A DNA stretch of 61,825 nucleotides, counting the filler, from Chiloscyllium plagiosum (taxonomy: Eukaryota), in assembly GCF_004010195.1 (NCBI RefSeq). It is 3 parts of one record of this genome, joined end to end, with 100 filler letters (N's around TTAATTAATTAA, not from the genome) between each part and the next. Parts side by side here need not be neighbours in the genome. Positions count along the whole stretch, not along the records: positions 29,884 to 57,470 come from NC_057714.1; positions 57,571 to 61,825 come from NC_057714.1; 1 more part is not named here. One strand, written 5' to 3'. Positions 50,632 through 61,825 of this stretch are shown here, in pieces (the first letter of the stretch is position 1; the number at the start of each line of letters is the position of its first letter). Below the pieces are notes generated by a model. That model saw only the letters and a program-made list of their open reading frames with translations. It ran no database searches and was not told the origin of the DNA. The position numbers and the translations under genes were made by a program.

Positions 50632-51169
50632 TGATTTGGAGATCACACAATACCAGGTTATAGTCCAACAGGTTTAATTGCAAGCACACTAGCTTTCGGA
50701 GCGACGCTCCTTCATCAGGTGATTCAATCACCTGATGAAGGAGCGTTGCTTCGAAAGCTAGTGTGCTTCCAATTAAACCTGTTGGACTATAACCTGGTGT
50801 TGTGTGATTTTTAACTTTGTACACCCCAGTCCAACACCGGCATCTCCGAATCATCAGGTGATGACTCTTTAGACTCCACTTTTAGCACTTTGTTTTGCTG
50901 ATCTTTCCTGGTGATATAGACATTGCTTGCAAAGCTTGCATTTATATCCCATTCTTTTAAGAAGCTGATGTTTGATCTCATGCTTGAACCATCACAGTTC
51001 CTGTGGTGAAGATGCTGCTACACTGTTTTTAGAGAGTACTTTCAAAGAATTGAACTTAGTAACAATAATATATATCCAAGTTGGGATGGCATAAGGAGTT
51101 TCGCTCCGAAAGCTAGTGTGCTTCCAATTAAACCTGTTGGACTATAACCTGGTGTTGTGTGATTTTTAA
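50632..51169. mobile_element. Composite family B hammerhead element: fold-back unit, captured 231-bp local DNA, and a partial third arm
   Basis: TSD ctttattgatgtca 50618-50631 / 51170-51183; 50859-51089 copies 50045-50275. Confidence 0.85.
50729..50763 (+). ncRNA. Minimal hammerhead ribozyme motif, family B (mirror motif on the minus strand at ~50686-50721)
   Basis: Stem I CAC/GUG, CUGAUGA, A, stem II GGAGC/GCUUC, GAAA, palindromic AGCU, UA cleavage site. Confidence 0.7.
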
Positions 51170-52574
51170 CTTTATTGATGTCAGGGTAACATCTCCAATT
51201 ACACCATCATCATTTCCATATGAATAGGAAGGGTTTGGAAGGATATGGGCCAAGTGCTGACAGGTGGGACTAGATTGGATTAGGATATCTGGTTGGCATG
51301 GACGAGTTGGACCAAAGGTCTGTTTCCGTTCTGTACATCTCAATGACTTTATGACTCAATTGCCACACATGGACACTTGTCCTTCTGGATGATGGGAATC
51401 ACAGGTTTAGGTGATGCTCCCAATTGTCAGAATCACTGATCAGAACCCTAGATCATCAATGACATATTGAGCTTTCAATTGCAATATGCACTTTTTCTAA
51501 AAAAAAGACTGAAGATGTAGCTTCAGTAGTTGCCTGGATGGGAACACTTGAATGTTCCAACTCATTTTTTCTGGTAGAAAGGTACCTGCAGAGAAAGGGA
51601 TCTTTCATTAAAAAGTTGACCTTCTTGCAACCAACCAAGGGAGTGGTCGAATGAAGAAAGGGAGCTGGTTCAACCTTCCTCAACCGAGAACTTAGTGATT
51701 TTGGGTACCTTGCCCTTGGACTGGTCATATTGTGATTAAACCTTGGTAAGTTGCTGCAGTGCATCTCATAGGTATCATGGCTGTAGCCATGATATGCCAA
51801 TGGTGGAGATTGGAAGATTAAACTGGTGGATGAGGTGACAGCCAAACAGATTGCTCCAGGTACGTGCATTGACCCAAACAGATACGGATAACATTATTAG
51901 CTTAACATGTTGTGCCGGGAGGGGGGGAATTAACAGAACCAGGAACAGCAATTCCAAAATAATGATTTCCATGTGTTTCTCCTTTATTCAGCATCAGTGC
52001 AAAAAATATCATAGGGATTTTCAGCAGACTGCAATAGTATTTCGAATAGAAATCCAATTCTTATTGGCAGTTAAGGAGAAGATATACTAAGTTCCCTTTT
52101 TAAACAATTTTGGATATAGTTCATTACTCTGGTGTATTTACAAAAAGCAGTTTATGTCATTCAGGAACTTGCTTTTCAGAAATCAAAATGCCTACCTCAT
52201 TTTGTAATCGTGGACATATGTGGCTGTGTCTGGGATGCTTAGCTTGGATAAAGAGATATTTGAGAATTGTTACTGGCTGTGAAATCAAGAACTGATGGAT
52301 CCCTGGAGATCACATCAGCCCTTGTGTTGGGTTGACATTTACCCAGGGGTGAGAGTCCTGCGTCCCCAGGGTAAAAGTTGAGTTCAAGGCAGTCTGCACT
52401 GGGCTGTTTTCCTCCAGAGCCATTTAATAGTCACTGGGACTGCAGGCAGAACCCTGAACAAAAATGTAAATCCAGGGTCCTTCCAGAGCCGGCAGGTAGA
52501 CCCTACTGAGGGATGGTGAGGGTCTGGAATGGATAGGTCAGTCAGGGAAGGCAAGCACCAGTGGAGGTAAAATC

Positions 52575-53330
52575 TGATTTTAGTTGATGTATTGTAGTCA
52601 CATATACCCAAGCACAGTGAAAAGTTTTGTTTCAGGAGCTGTACTGGCAGCTCATAGCAAACAAGGACATACAGGTCATTGGGCGCTTAGACAGAGTGAG
52701 GCATGCAAAGTTATAGCTGCACAGGTGGTGCACAAAGCAAGATCAACATTAGCAAGATCAACATTAATTGAAGTTAGAGAGGGCCATTCAGCAGCCTAAT
52801 AACAGCACGAAGGAAGCTACTCTTCATCTGTTGGTGTGTGCATTCAAGCTTCTCTATCTTCTGCCTGACAGAAGAGGTTGGAATAGAGTATTACTGGGGT
52901 GGAAGGGGTCTTTGATGATGTTGGCAGCCTTTCCATGGCAACGAGAAGTGTAAATGCAGTCCATGGATGGGAGGTTGTCTTCTGCGATGATCTGGGATGT
53001 GTACACAACCTTCTGTAATTTCTTACAGTTCTGACAGAGGAAGCTGTGGATCCAATTGCAGTGGGCAGAGCTGAGACCAAGTTCTCGGAATTTTGAGATC
53101 AATCTGGTAGGGATTATGATGTTGAAGGCAGATGTGTAGGCGATGAGTAGCAGCCTTGCTATCCAGATGTTCCAGGGATGAGTGTAGAATTAGGGAAATG
53201 GCGTCCGCTGTGGACCTGTTTTGTCAGTAAGTAAATTGCAGGGGATCAAGACAGGCTGGGAGGCTGGAGTTGATACGGAACATGACCAGCCTCTGGAAGC
53301 ACCTCATGATTACGGAGGTCAGATTATGGA
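52575..53330 (-). mobile_element. Rex1/Babar-type LINE 3' fragment
   Basis: ORF 52854-53102 ISKFRELGLSSAHCNWIHSFL...KKLQKVV...LPSMDCIYTSRCHGKAANIIKDPFHPSNTLFQPLLSGRR. Confidence 0.8.
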
Positions 53331-53441
53331 GGTCCTCAAGCTGCTTTATGTGAGATGATTCTCATAGGTTAGTCACATCACATAAGGCAAGTTAGCATCC
53401 TTTCTGATCTTGATATAAACGGGCAATAATATTACCCATGT

Positions 53442-53630
53442 TCTGGATTAGTGGTGCTGGAAGAGCACAGCAGTTCAGGCAGCATCCGAGGAGCAGTAAA
53501 ATCGACGTTTCGGGGCTTTTGCTCGAAATGCCGATTTTACTACTCCTCGGATGCTGCCTGAACTGCTGCGCTCTTCCAGCACCACTAATCCAGAATTTGA
53601 TTTCCAGCATCTGCAGTCATTGTTTTTACC
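53442..53630. mobile_element. Fold-back mini-element (family A2) lacking the CUGAUGA core
   Basis: TSD taatattacccatgt 53427-53441 / 53631-53645; apex ...gtttcggggcttttgctcgaaatg... Confidence 0.88.
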
Positions 53631-56179
53631 TAATATTACCCATGTGCTGACTGACCTATATTGGCACCCAGGCCAGTATCACCCATGATTCATCCAAGTT
53701 TTCATATCTTTCCACAGCCCACCTTATCTTTGTAACTTCTTCCCACTCACTATACTCGCATCCCTCTTGGTCCTGTCACTAGTACATCCCTCATTTCCCT
53801 CACAGACAATTGGCAGGAATTCCTGCAACTGTCAAAGCCTAAGCTTGGGACTTGCATCTCTCAACATCTTCATCTCTCTACCTCTCTCTCTCTCCTCCTG
53901 TAAAATATGACTGAAAACCCATGTCTTTTGAGGGCTTTCTGTCCTCTTTCCTGATGTCTTGTTATAGTAGCTCAGTGTCAAATATTGTCTATTAACTCTC
54001 TCATGAAGTGTTATACAAATGCATGCTTTTAATAGTTGTTGTGAAATCTGGCAGATCATTAACTACAGCATGTCCACCATGTTGCAGACCCCTGCCAAGT
54101 TCATAAACATTCTATTGAATTGATTAATAACTTTTTCAGCTGTCATATTATTTCAAACAATTCTCTCAGCAACTGTGAAGAAATCAATGTCAAAATATTT
54201 TTGTCAATATGATTTGTGTGTGTGTGATTGCAATGTGGTTAATATGGTGGGCCACATTCTCATCTTTTCATCACTATTTTTTTGTAACTGGTTTAATACT
54301 GCTGCTTTCGTCCACAGTAAATTCTAACCTCTTTTTGGAACCAAATTGAATCATTCACAAATGTTGTTCAGTATGTTGAACAATCGCCAGTAATATTACA
54401 TTGCTACTGAACAGCCCACTCATTGCAATTATATCTCAAAACACACAAACACAGCACTGGAAATACTGTGATAATTTAACAGCTAAAGACACCTCATTAG
54501 ACATTCACATTCTAAGTTTAATAGACAACAAAAATCAATAATACATTTATGCATAAGTCCATTATAACTTCATTAATCCACATCTATTTAAGGCTATGGT
54601 TCCTTGGTTCTGAGAATATATAGTTACTTAAGAAGAGCTCTCTTTTTCTCTGTCAACATCAGCTAAGTTAAAAGGATGTGAGAGATTTAATTTTACAGGA
54701 ATACAGGTATCAAGTTGTTTATCAAAAAGAAAACATTGATTTAAAAATAGAGCACTAAATGAGGTGCCTAGCTGGTTGGACAAAGTAAAATCTATCAAAG
54801 TGATGGCCGGCAGCATAAAGTTTGCAATTATAGAAGCATAGAAAATACAGGAAGTTGGAATAGTGGGAGGCTATTCAGCACTTTGAGAGTGCTCTGCTAT
54901 CCAATATGATTATGGCTAATGAATATGGTCATGGCAGATTATGAATGAGCAATGTTACAATGTTGGAAATGGGTTGTTTCTAATGAGTTGCTAATTCAAA
55001 TGCTTACACTTGGACATCCCAAGGCATTATTCGAAGAAGTGTAGTGGAATTCTGCAAGTGTCCTGACCCACCTTTTTGGAAGAAGTTAACAGTGGATTGA
55101 GCAGAAACAAAAACATAGTCCAATTAATTTGCTTTCCAGCCTCTTGGTGTTTCAGGACTGAGCCTTAATTTTGAAAATTTTGAAATTAGATTGGGATTGT
55201 AGCCCGTGGAGATTTTCAGCATTGAGCCCACTGAAATATAGTGGAGAGGTTAGAATGGAGCAGTGCAAGGTGCTATGATTCAAATGCCCATGTTGGTGTC
55301 AAAATCCTTGAGCGACAACTTGGAAAGCCAGCATCCCACAGAGGCTTGGGAACCCAGTGTTTACTGTTTCTTATTTGTAAAGAGATCAGTCAGGAGATGC
55401 TTCCCGTGCACTAACTGTCCTCGACTTTTTGGTTGGTGGAGGTAAGAAATGTGAAGAATTTGAGGAATGTTTCAGGTCAGATCTTGGTGGATTACTGAGC
55501 TACAACTTACATACAAGAGCCATAGTGCACATCCCTGGAATGGGAATGCAACAGTCTTGAAGAAGGTTCCTTCTTCTTGCTCACTAAACAATGGCTAGCT
55601 CTGCTGAACTGTATGAATGTGTCTACATGCGATAGACACAGGCAGAATGCAACATTGTAGAAATAGATATGAAATTTCCATGGTTTTCTAGGGGACTATG
55701 GCATTTACCTCTCCAAACCTACTCGGCCAGATGCTGTATCCTACTGAGATATGACATCATTTGCTTGCAGGAACCACCATTTCCTCAACCAAACTTCTTA
55801 GTATGGCTCTGGAGTTCAAAAGAGCTCGAGTCCTCTCTGTCAATGTCAGCTTAGGATAAATTTTGACAAGGCATCAGACAGAACAGAGACTGTGCTAGCT
55901 TGCAACTGATTCCTGGGAACAGAGGAGGAGAAGCAGCAAGATAGAGTGGGACGACAAGACTGGATCAATAGCACCACACTAACTTTGGGAACCAGGAGAA
56001 ATGCCACCCTATCTGCCTGACAATCCAAAAACATGATTTGGAAATAAGCTTTGAAGCAGCTGGCCATGGTCCTCTTACAACACACTGGTTATGTTGGTTA
56101 GCAACAGGGCACTTTGAACCACACATGTTTCTCATGTCTTCTATGATTGGGGCCCTCGCTACATCATGAAGCTAGTTTT

Positions 56180-57264
56180 GAGCCTAGAACATTACAGCAT
56201 AGTACAGGCCCTTCAGCCATCGATATTGTGCCAAGTTGTGAACCCAGTCTGAGCCCATCTAACCTACATATTCCATTTTCTTCCGAATGCCTATCCAATG
56301 ACCATTTAAATGCCCGTAACGTTGATGAGTCTACTACTGTTGCAGGTAGTGCATTCCACACCCCGAAAGAAACTACCTCTGATATCTGTCCTATATCTAT
56401 CACCCCTCAATTTAAAGCTATGCCCCCTTGTACTCGCCATCACCATCCAAAGAAAAAGGGTCTTGCTGTCCAACCTATCTAACCTTCTGATTATCTTATG
56501 TGTCTCAATTAAGTCACCTCTCAAACGTCTTCTAATGAAAACAGCCTCAAGTCCCTCAGCCTTTCATTGTAAGACCTTCCCTTCATACCAGGCAACATCC
56601 TAGTAAATCTCCTCTGAACTCTTCCCAAAGGTTCCACATCCTTCCAATAATGCGGTGACCAGAACTTTACACAATACTCCAAATGTGGCTGCCCCAGAGT
56701 TTTGTACAGCTGTAGCATGACCTCATGGTTTCAAAACTCAATCCCTCTACCAATAAAAGCTAACACACCGTACACCTTCTTAACAACCCTATCAACCTGG
56801 GTGGCAACTTTCAAGGATCTATGTATCTGGAAATCTACACTACCAAGAATTTTACCATTAGCCCATACTCTGCATTCCTGTTACTCTTTCCAAAGTGATT
56901 CACCTCATACTTTTCTGTATAAACTCCATTTTCCACCTCTGCAGCTTATCTATGTCCCTCTGTAACCTACAAAGTACTTTCATACTATCCACAACTGTAC
57001 CGACCTTAGTGTCATCTGGAAATTTACTAACCCACCCTTCTATGCCCTCATCCAGGTCATTTATAAAAATGACAAACAACAGTGGATCCAAAACAGATCC
57101 TTGCGGTACACCACTAGTAACTGAACTCCAGGATGAATATTTCCCAGAAACCAACACCCTCTGTCTTCTTTCAGCAAGCCAATTTCTGCTCCAAACTGCG
57201 AAATCACCCTCAATCCCATGCCTCTGTATTTTCTGCAATAGTCCACTGTGGGGAACCTTATCAA
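56180..57264 (-). mobile_element. CR1-clade LINE 3' fragment
   Basis: DKVPHSGLLQKIQRHGIEG...SGVPQGSVLDPLLF...FPDDTKVG; LYKTLGQPHLEYCVKFWSP. Confidence 0.9.
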
Positions 57265-57899
57265 CTCTGAAAATGTGTTGCTGGAAAAGCACAGGTCAGG
57301 CAGCATCCAAGGAACAGGAAAATCGACGTTTCGGGCATAAGCTCTTCTTCAGGAATGAGGAAAGTGTGTCCAGCAGGCTAAGATAAAAGGTAGGGAGGAG
57401 GGACTTGGGGGGAGGGGCGTTGGAAATGCGATAGGTGGAAGGAGGCCAAGGTGAGGGTGATAGGCCGGAGNNNNNNNNNNNNNNNNNNNNNNNNNNNNNN
57501 NNNNNNNNNNNNNNTTAATTAATTAANNNNNNNNNNNNNNNNNNNNNNNNNNNNNNNNNNNNNNNNNNNNGCGGAGGCGGAGGAATTGGGAATACGGGAT
57601 GGCATTTTTGCAAGAGGTAGGGTGGGAAGAGGTGTAATCCAGGTAGCTGTGGGAGTCGGTGGGTTTGTAGAAGATGTCAGTGTCAAGTCGGTCGTCACTG
57701 ATGGAGATGGATAGGTCCAGGAAGGGGAGGGAGGTGTCAGAGATGGTCCAGGTAAATTTAAGGTCAGGGTGGAATGTGTTGGTGAAGTTGATGAATTGCT
57801 CAACCTCCTCGCGGGAGCACGTGGTGGCGCCAATGCAGTCATCAATGTAGCGGAGGAAGAGGTGGGGAGTGGTGCCGGTGTAATTACGGAAGATCAACT
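57265..57899 (-). mobile_element. Penelope-like element: terminal repeat (57265-57470) and RT core (57571-57897), separated by a gap
   Basis: FLRYIDDCIG...FINFTNTFHPDLKFT...LPFLDL...DIFYKPTDSHSYLDYTSSHP is typical PLE RT and is uninterrupted over the visible part. The repeat matches family A1 arms. Confidence 0.92.
57471..57570. other. Artificial scaffold gap: N44-TTAATTAATTAA-N44
   Basis: Same 100-bp structure as 29784-29883. Confidence 0.95.
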
Positions 57900-59478
57900 G
57901 CTTAGTCAGGAAGAGATATTATCAATTGTAGAAGGCGTGAAAGTAGACAAGTCCCCTGGGCCAGATGGGATTTATCCGAGGATTCTCTGGGAAGCTAGGG
58001 AGGAGATAGCAGAGCCTTTGGCTTTGATATTTGAGTCATCATTATCTACAGGTTTAGTACCAGAGGACTGGAGGATTGCAAATGCTGTGCTCTTGGTCAT
58101 GAAGGGCAGTAGAGATGACCCAGGTAATTTAGACCAGTGAGCCTTATGTCTGTTGTAGGAAAAGCTTTGGAAAGGATTATAAGAGATAGGATTTATAATC
58201 ATCTAGCAACAACAATTTGATTGGAAATAGTGAACGCGGTTTCATCAAGGGCAGGTTATGTCTCAGAAACCTTATTGAGGTTTTTGAGAAGGTGACCAAT
58301 CATGTGGATGAAGGTGGGGCAGTTGATGTGGTGTACATGGACTTCAGTAAAGCCTTTGATAAGGTTCCACATGGTAGGCTGTTGGAGAAAATGCGGAAGC
58401 ATGGGATTGAGGGTGATTTAGCTGTTTGGCTTTCTGTCAGAAGGCAGCGAATGGTAGTTGATGGAAAATATTCAGCCTGGAGTCCGATTACTAGTGGTGT
58501 GCCCCAAGGATCTGCTTTGGGACCACTGCTGTTTGTCAATTTTATAAATGACTTAAACGCAGGGATGGGTGGATGGGTTAGTAAGTTTGCAGATGACACT
58601 AAAGTGGGTGGAGTGGTGGCTAATGTGGAAGAATGTTGAAGGTTGCAGGGAGACTTGGATAAACTGCTGAATTGGGCTGAGAGGTGACAAATGGCATTCA
58701 ATGCAGCTAAATGTGAGGTGATTCACTTTGCGAAGAATAACAGGAAAGCAGAATACTGGGTCATTGGAAAGATTCTTAGTAGTGTGGATGTGCTGACGGA
58801 TCTTGGAGTCCATGTAGATAGATCCCTGAAAGTTGCCACCCAGGTGGATAGTGCTGTTAAGAAGGCATACGGTGTGTTAGGTTTCATTGGTAGAGGGGGT
58901 TGAGTTCCAGAGCTGTGATGTCACGCTGCAACTATACAAAACGCTATTGCGGCCGCACTTGGAATATTGTGTACAGTTCAGGTTGTCCCATTACAGGGAG
59001 GATGTGGAAGCATTGGAAAAGGTGCAGAGGAGATTTACCAGGATGTTGTCTGGTCTGGAGGGAAGGTCTTATGAGGAAAGGCTGAGAGACTTGGTCTGTT
59101 CTCACTGGAGAGAAGAGGATAAGATGGGATTTAATAGAGACATACAAGATAATCACCCACAGGGTGGACAGTAAGAGTCTTTTTCCTCAGATGATGATGT
59201 CGGCTTGTACGAGTGGGCATAGCTGCAAATTGAGGGGTGATAGATTTAAGACAGATGTCAGAGGCAGGTTCTTTACTCAAAGAGTGGTAAGGGTGTGTAA
59301 TGCCCTGTCTGCCAATGTAGTTAACTCAGTCACACTAGTAGCATTTAAACAGTCCTTGGATAAGCACATGGATGATGATGGGATAGTGTAGGGGGATGAG
59401 CTTAGATTAGTCCACAGGTCAGCGCAACATCGAGGGCCGAAGGGCCTGTTCTGCGCTGTATTGTTCTATGTTCTATGT
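57900..59478 (+). mobile_element. CR1-clade LINE RT-to-3'-tail fragment
   Basis: [56 protein letters not shown]; tail (ttctatg)n. Confidence 0.92.
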
Positions 59479-60404
59479 TGTGCGATTTTTAACTTTACCC
59501 CATGGCACAATAGTCTAGAAGATTAATACACTGGAACATCACAAAGCATATCCAAGAGTATCTTTTACATGTTATTAAGCCTCTCTATTATCATATAAGA
59601 GGTTAGCAAATTAAGTTAGTCTGTCATTCACAAATTCCTGGTAGCTCACGTCCTTTATTGTCATCTTCATCTCAGTAGCATTGAGATTAATTTGTATCCT
59701 GCATATCAGTTTATTATTGATATTGAAGATCGAATCATAAATTAATGATTTAGACTTCATTTGATTTTTTTTCTAAGTAGCTGCTAAATATGAAGAAGAA
59801 TGTACAGCTTTGAAACTTGCATTGTGCATTTCTCTAGAGGGAATGATGCAATGTCATGGGACAAACTCTCAGTTTACTAATTCTGTTGCTGGTCTTTCAG
59901 CACCAAACGTCAACTCTTGTTTGTAAGAAGCATCCATCAGCCTTGAGGCATGCTTCTTTTGTTATCTGTAACCCAACATTTCACCCAGCCAATGACAACA
60001 AAACTGCGATTTGCACATTTCTTTCATTAACAGGAGCTGACGTACTGCACTTTGAGATATAACATGCCGAGATATCTGAAAAGTTCACGTAAAGTATATC
60101 TGATTCCAACAAATGCAGCTTTAAAGACAGCAGAAGTATAATAATAGTCTCCAGAGGTATAGCTGTTGCTGCCAGCTGGAAAATTCTTCACCATTCTGCT
60201 TTAAAATTCAACGAGGCTAGCTCATTTGAAAATTTAAGAGCTGTATTTGGTAGGATATTGATTTTTGCTTTGCAAGGATTTTGCGGGTTATGAAGCAAAT
60301 GTGAGTTCATGGAATTGAGATGTAAAACAGCCAAGCTCTAATCGAAAGTTAAAACAGGTTTGAGCAGCCAAAAATCCAACTCTTGTATTCCATTGTTCCT
60401 TCTT

Positions 60405-61310
60405 ATAGAATCATAGGAACACACAGCACAGAAACAGACCCTTTGGTCCAACTCCTCCATGCCAACTAGATATCCTAAACTGATACAGTCTCACCTTTTA
60501 GCATTTGGCCAAATATCCCCTCAACCTTTCTTATTCGTATACCCATCCAGATGACTTTTAAATGTTGTGATTGTACCAGTCTCCTCCCCCTCCTCTGTCA
60601 GCCCATTCCAAACATACGCCACCCTCTGCATGAGACAGTTGCCCTCAGGTCCCTTTTAAATCTTTCCCCTCTCACTTTAAACATATGCCCTATAGTTTTA
60701 TATTCCCCTACTCTGGAAAAAGGACTTTGGTTATTCACCTTATCCATGCCCCTCATGATTTTATAAACCTCTACAAGGTCATCTCTCAACCTTTGACGTT
60801 CCAGAGAAAAAAAGCCCCAGCCTATTCAACCTGTCCTATAGCTCAAACCCTCCACTTCCAGCAACATCCCTGTGAATCTTTTCTGAATCCTTTCAAGTTT
60901 AACAAAATCCTTCCTACAGCAGGGAGACCAGAATTGAAAGCAATATTCCAAAAGTGGCCTAACCAATATCCTATACAGCTGCAACATGACATGCCAACTT
61001 CTATAGTCAATGCACTGACCAATTAAGGCAAGTGTGCCAAAGTCTTCACAACCGTGTCTACCTGTGACTCCACTTTCAAGGAACCATTACCTGCACCCCT
61101 ACATCTCTTTGTTCGGCAACACCCCCCTGAAGGCCCCACCATTAACTGTATAAGTCCTGCCCTGGTTTGCCTAACTAAAATGTAACACCTCACATTTATC
61201 TAAATTTAACTCCATCTGCCACTCCTCAGCCCATTGACCCATCTGATCAAAGTCTTGTACACTGAGATAACCTTCTTCATTGCCCAGTACACCATCAATT
61301 TTGGAGTCAT
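60405..61310 (-). mobile_element. CR1-clade LINE 3' fragment
   Basis: [18 protein letters not shown]...GHMFKVRGERFKRDLR; tail at 60405-60416; ends at DSKIDGVLG. Confidence 0.88.
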
Positions 61311-61349
61311 AGAGTCCTACTGCATGGGAACTGACTCTTCGGTCCAACT

Positions 61350-61825
61350 AGTCCAACAAGAGTTGAGGCCATACTGGATTTGGTTCTGGGTAATGAACCA
61401 GGCCAGGTGTTAGAATTAGAGGTAGGTGAGCACTTTGGGGACAGTGACCACAATTCGGTGACTTTTACTCTAGTGATGGAGAGGGATAAGTGTGCACTAC
61501 AGGGCAAGAGTTATAGCTGGGGGCAGGGAAATTATGATGCGGTGAGGCATGACTTAGGATGTATGGCTTGGAAAAGTAAGCTTCAAGGCAAGGGCGTAAT
61601 TGATATGTGGAGCTTGTTCAAGGAGCAACTATCGAGTGTCCTTGATAAGTATGTACCCGTCAGGCAGGAAGGAAAGGGTCGTGTGAGGGAGCCGCGGTTT
61701 AATAAGGAATTGGAATCCCTTGTTAAAAGGAAGAGGGCGGCCTATGTAAAGATGAGGCGGGAAGGTTCAATTGGGGCGATTGAGAGTGAAAAGGTAGCCA
61801 GGAAGGACCTGAAGAGAGAACTAAG
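61350..61825 (+). mobile_element. Young CR1-clade ORF2 segment (end of AP endonuclease and linker), open to the window edge
   Basis: Stop-free frame PTRVEAILDLVLGNEPGQVLELEVGEHFGDSDHNSVTF...RKDLKREL with the SDH motif; absent from the ORF track because it has no stop within the window. Confidence 0.88.

Noticed and set aside
51456..51869. 137-aa minus ORF and other unique-region ORFs (11765, 17795, 25948, 42971, 55846)
   Set aside because: No recognisable domain or consistent splice pattern; lengths are compatible with chance.

Overview
This is eukaryotic genomic DNA, almost certainly from a shark (inferred from HE1/V-SINE and DeuSINE-like SINEs plus abundant CR1-clade LINEs). It is repeat-dense intronic or intergenic sequence with no host gene I can name; most ORFs in the supplied track are fragments or antisense shadows of retroelements. 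It contains many CR1-clade LINE fragments, a second CR1/L2-type LINE family, Rex1/Babar-type LINEs, several SINE families, Penelope-like elements (PLEs; GIY-YIG and YIDD motifs visible), a 34-35 bp minisatellite and two artificial 100-bp gap linkers. The most interesting signal is a set of about 15 short PLE-terminal-repeat insertions from at least 4 sequence families. They carry minimal hammerhead-ribozyme motifs (CUGANGA-stemII-GAAA-palindromic mini stem III-UH), often as fold-back palindromes flanked by 12-17 bp target-site duplications (TSDs). Two of them enclose ~230-270 bp copies of neighbouring DNA inside their TSDs, and one is tied to inversion of ~0.6 kb of flanking DNA with an inverted TSD. 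All alignments and coordinates were done by eye; family names come from recalled consensus features, not database searches.
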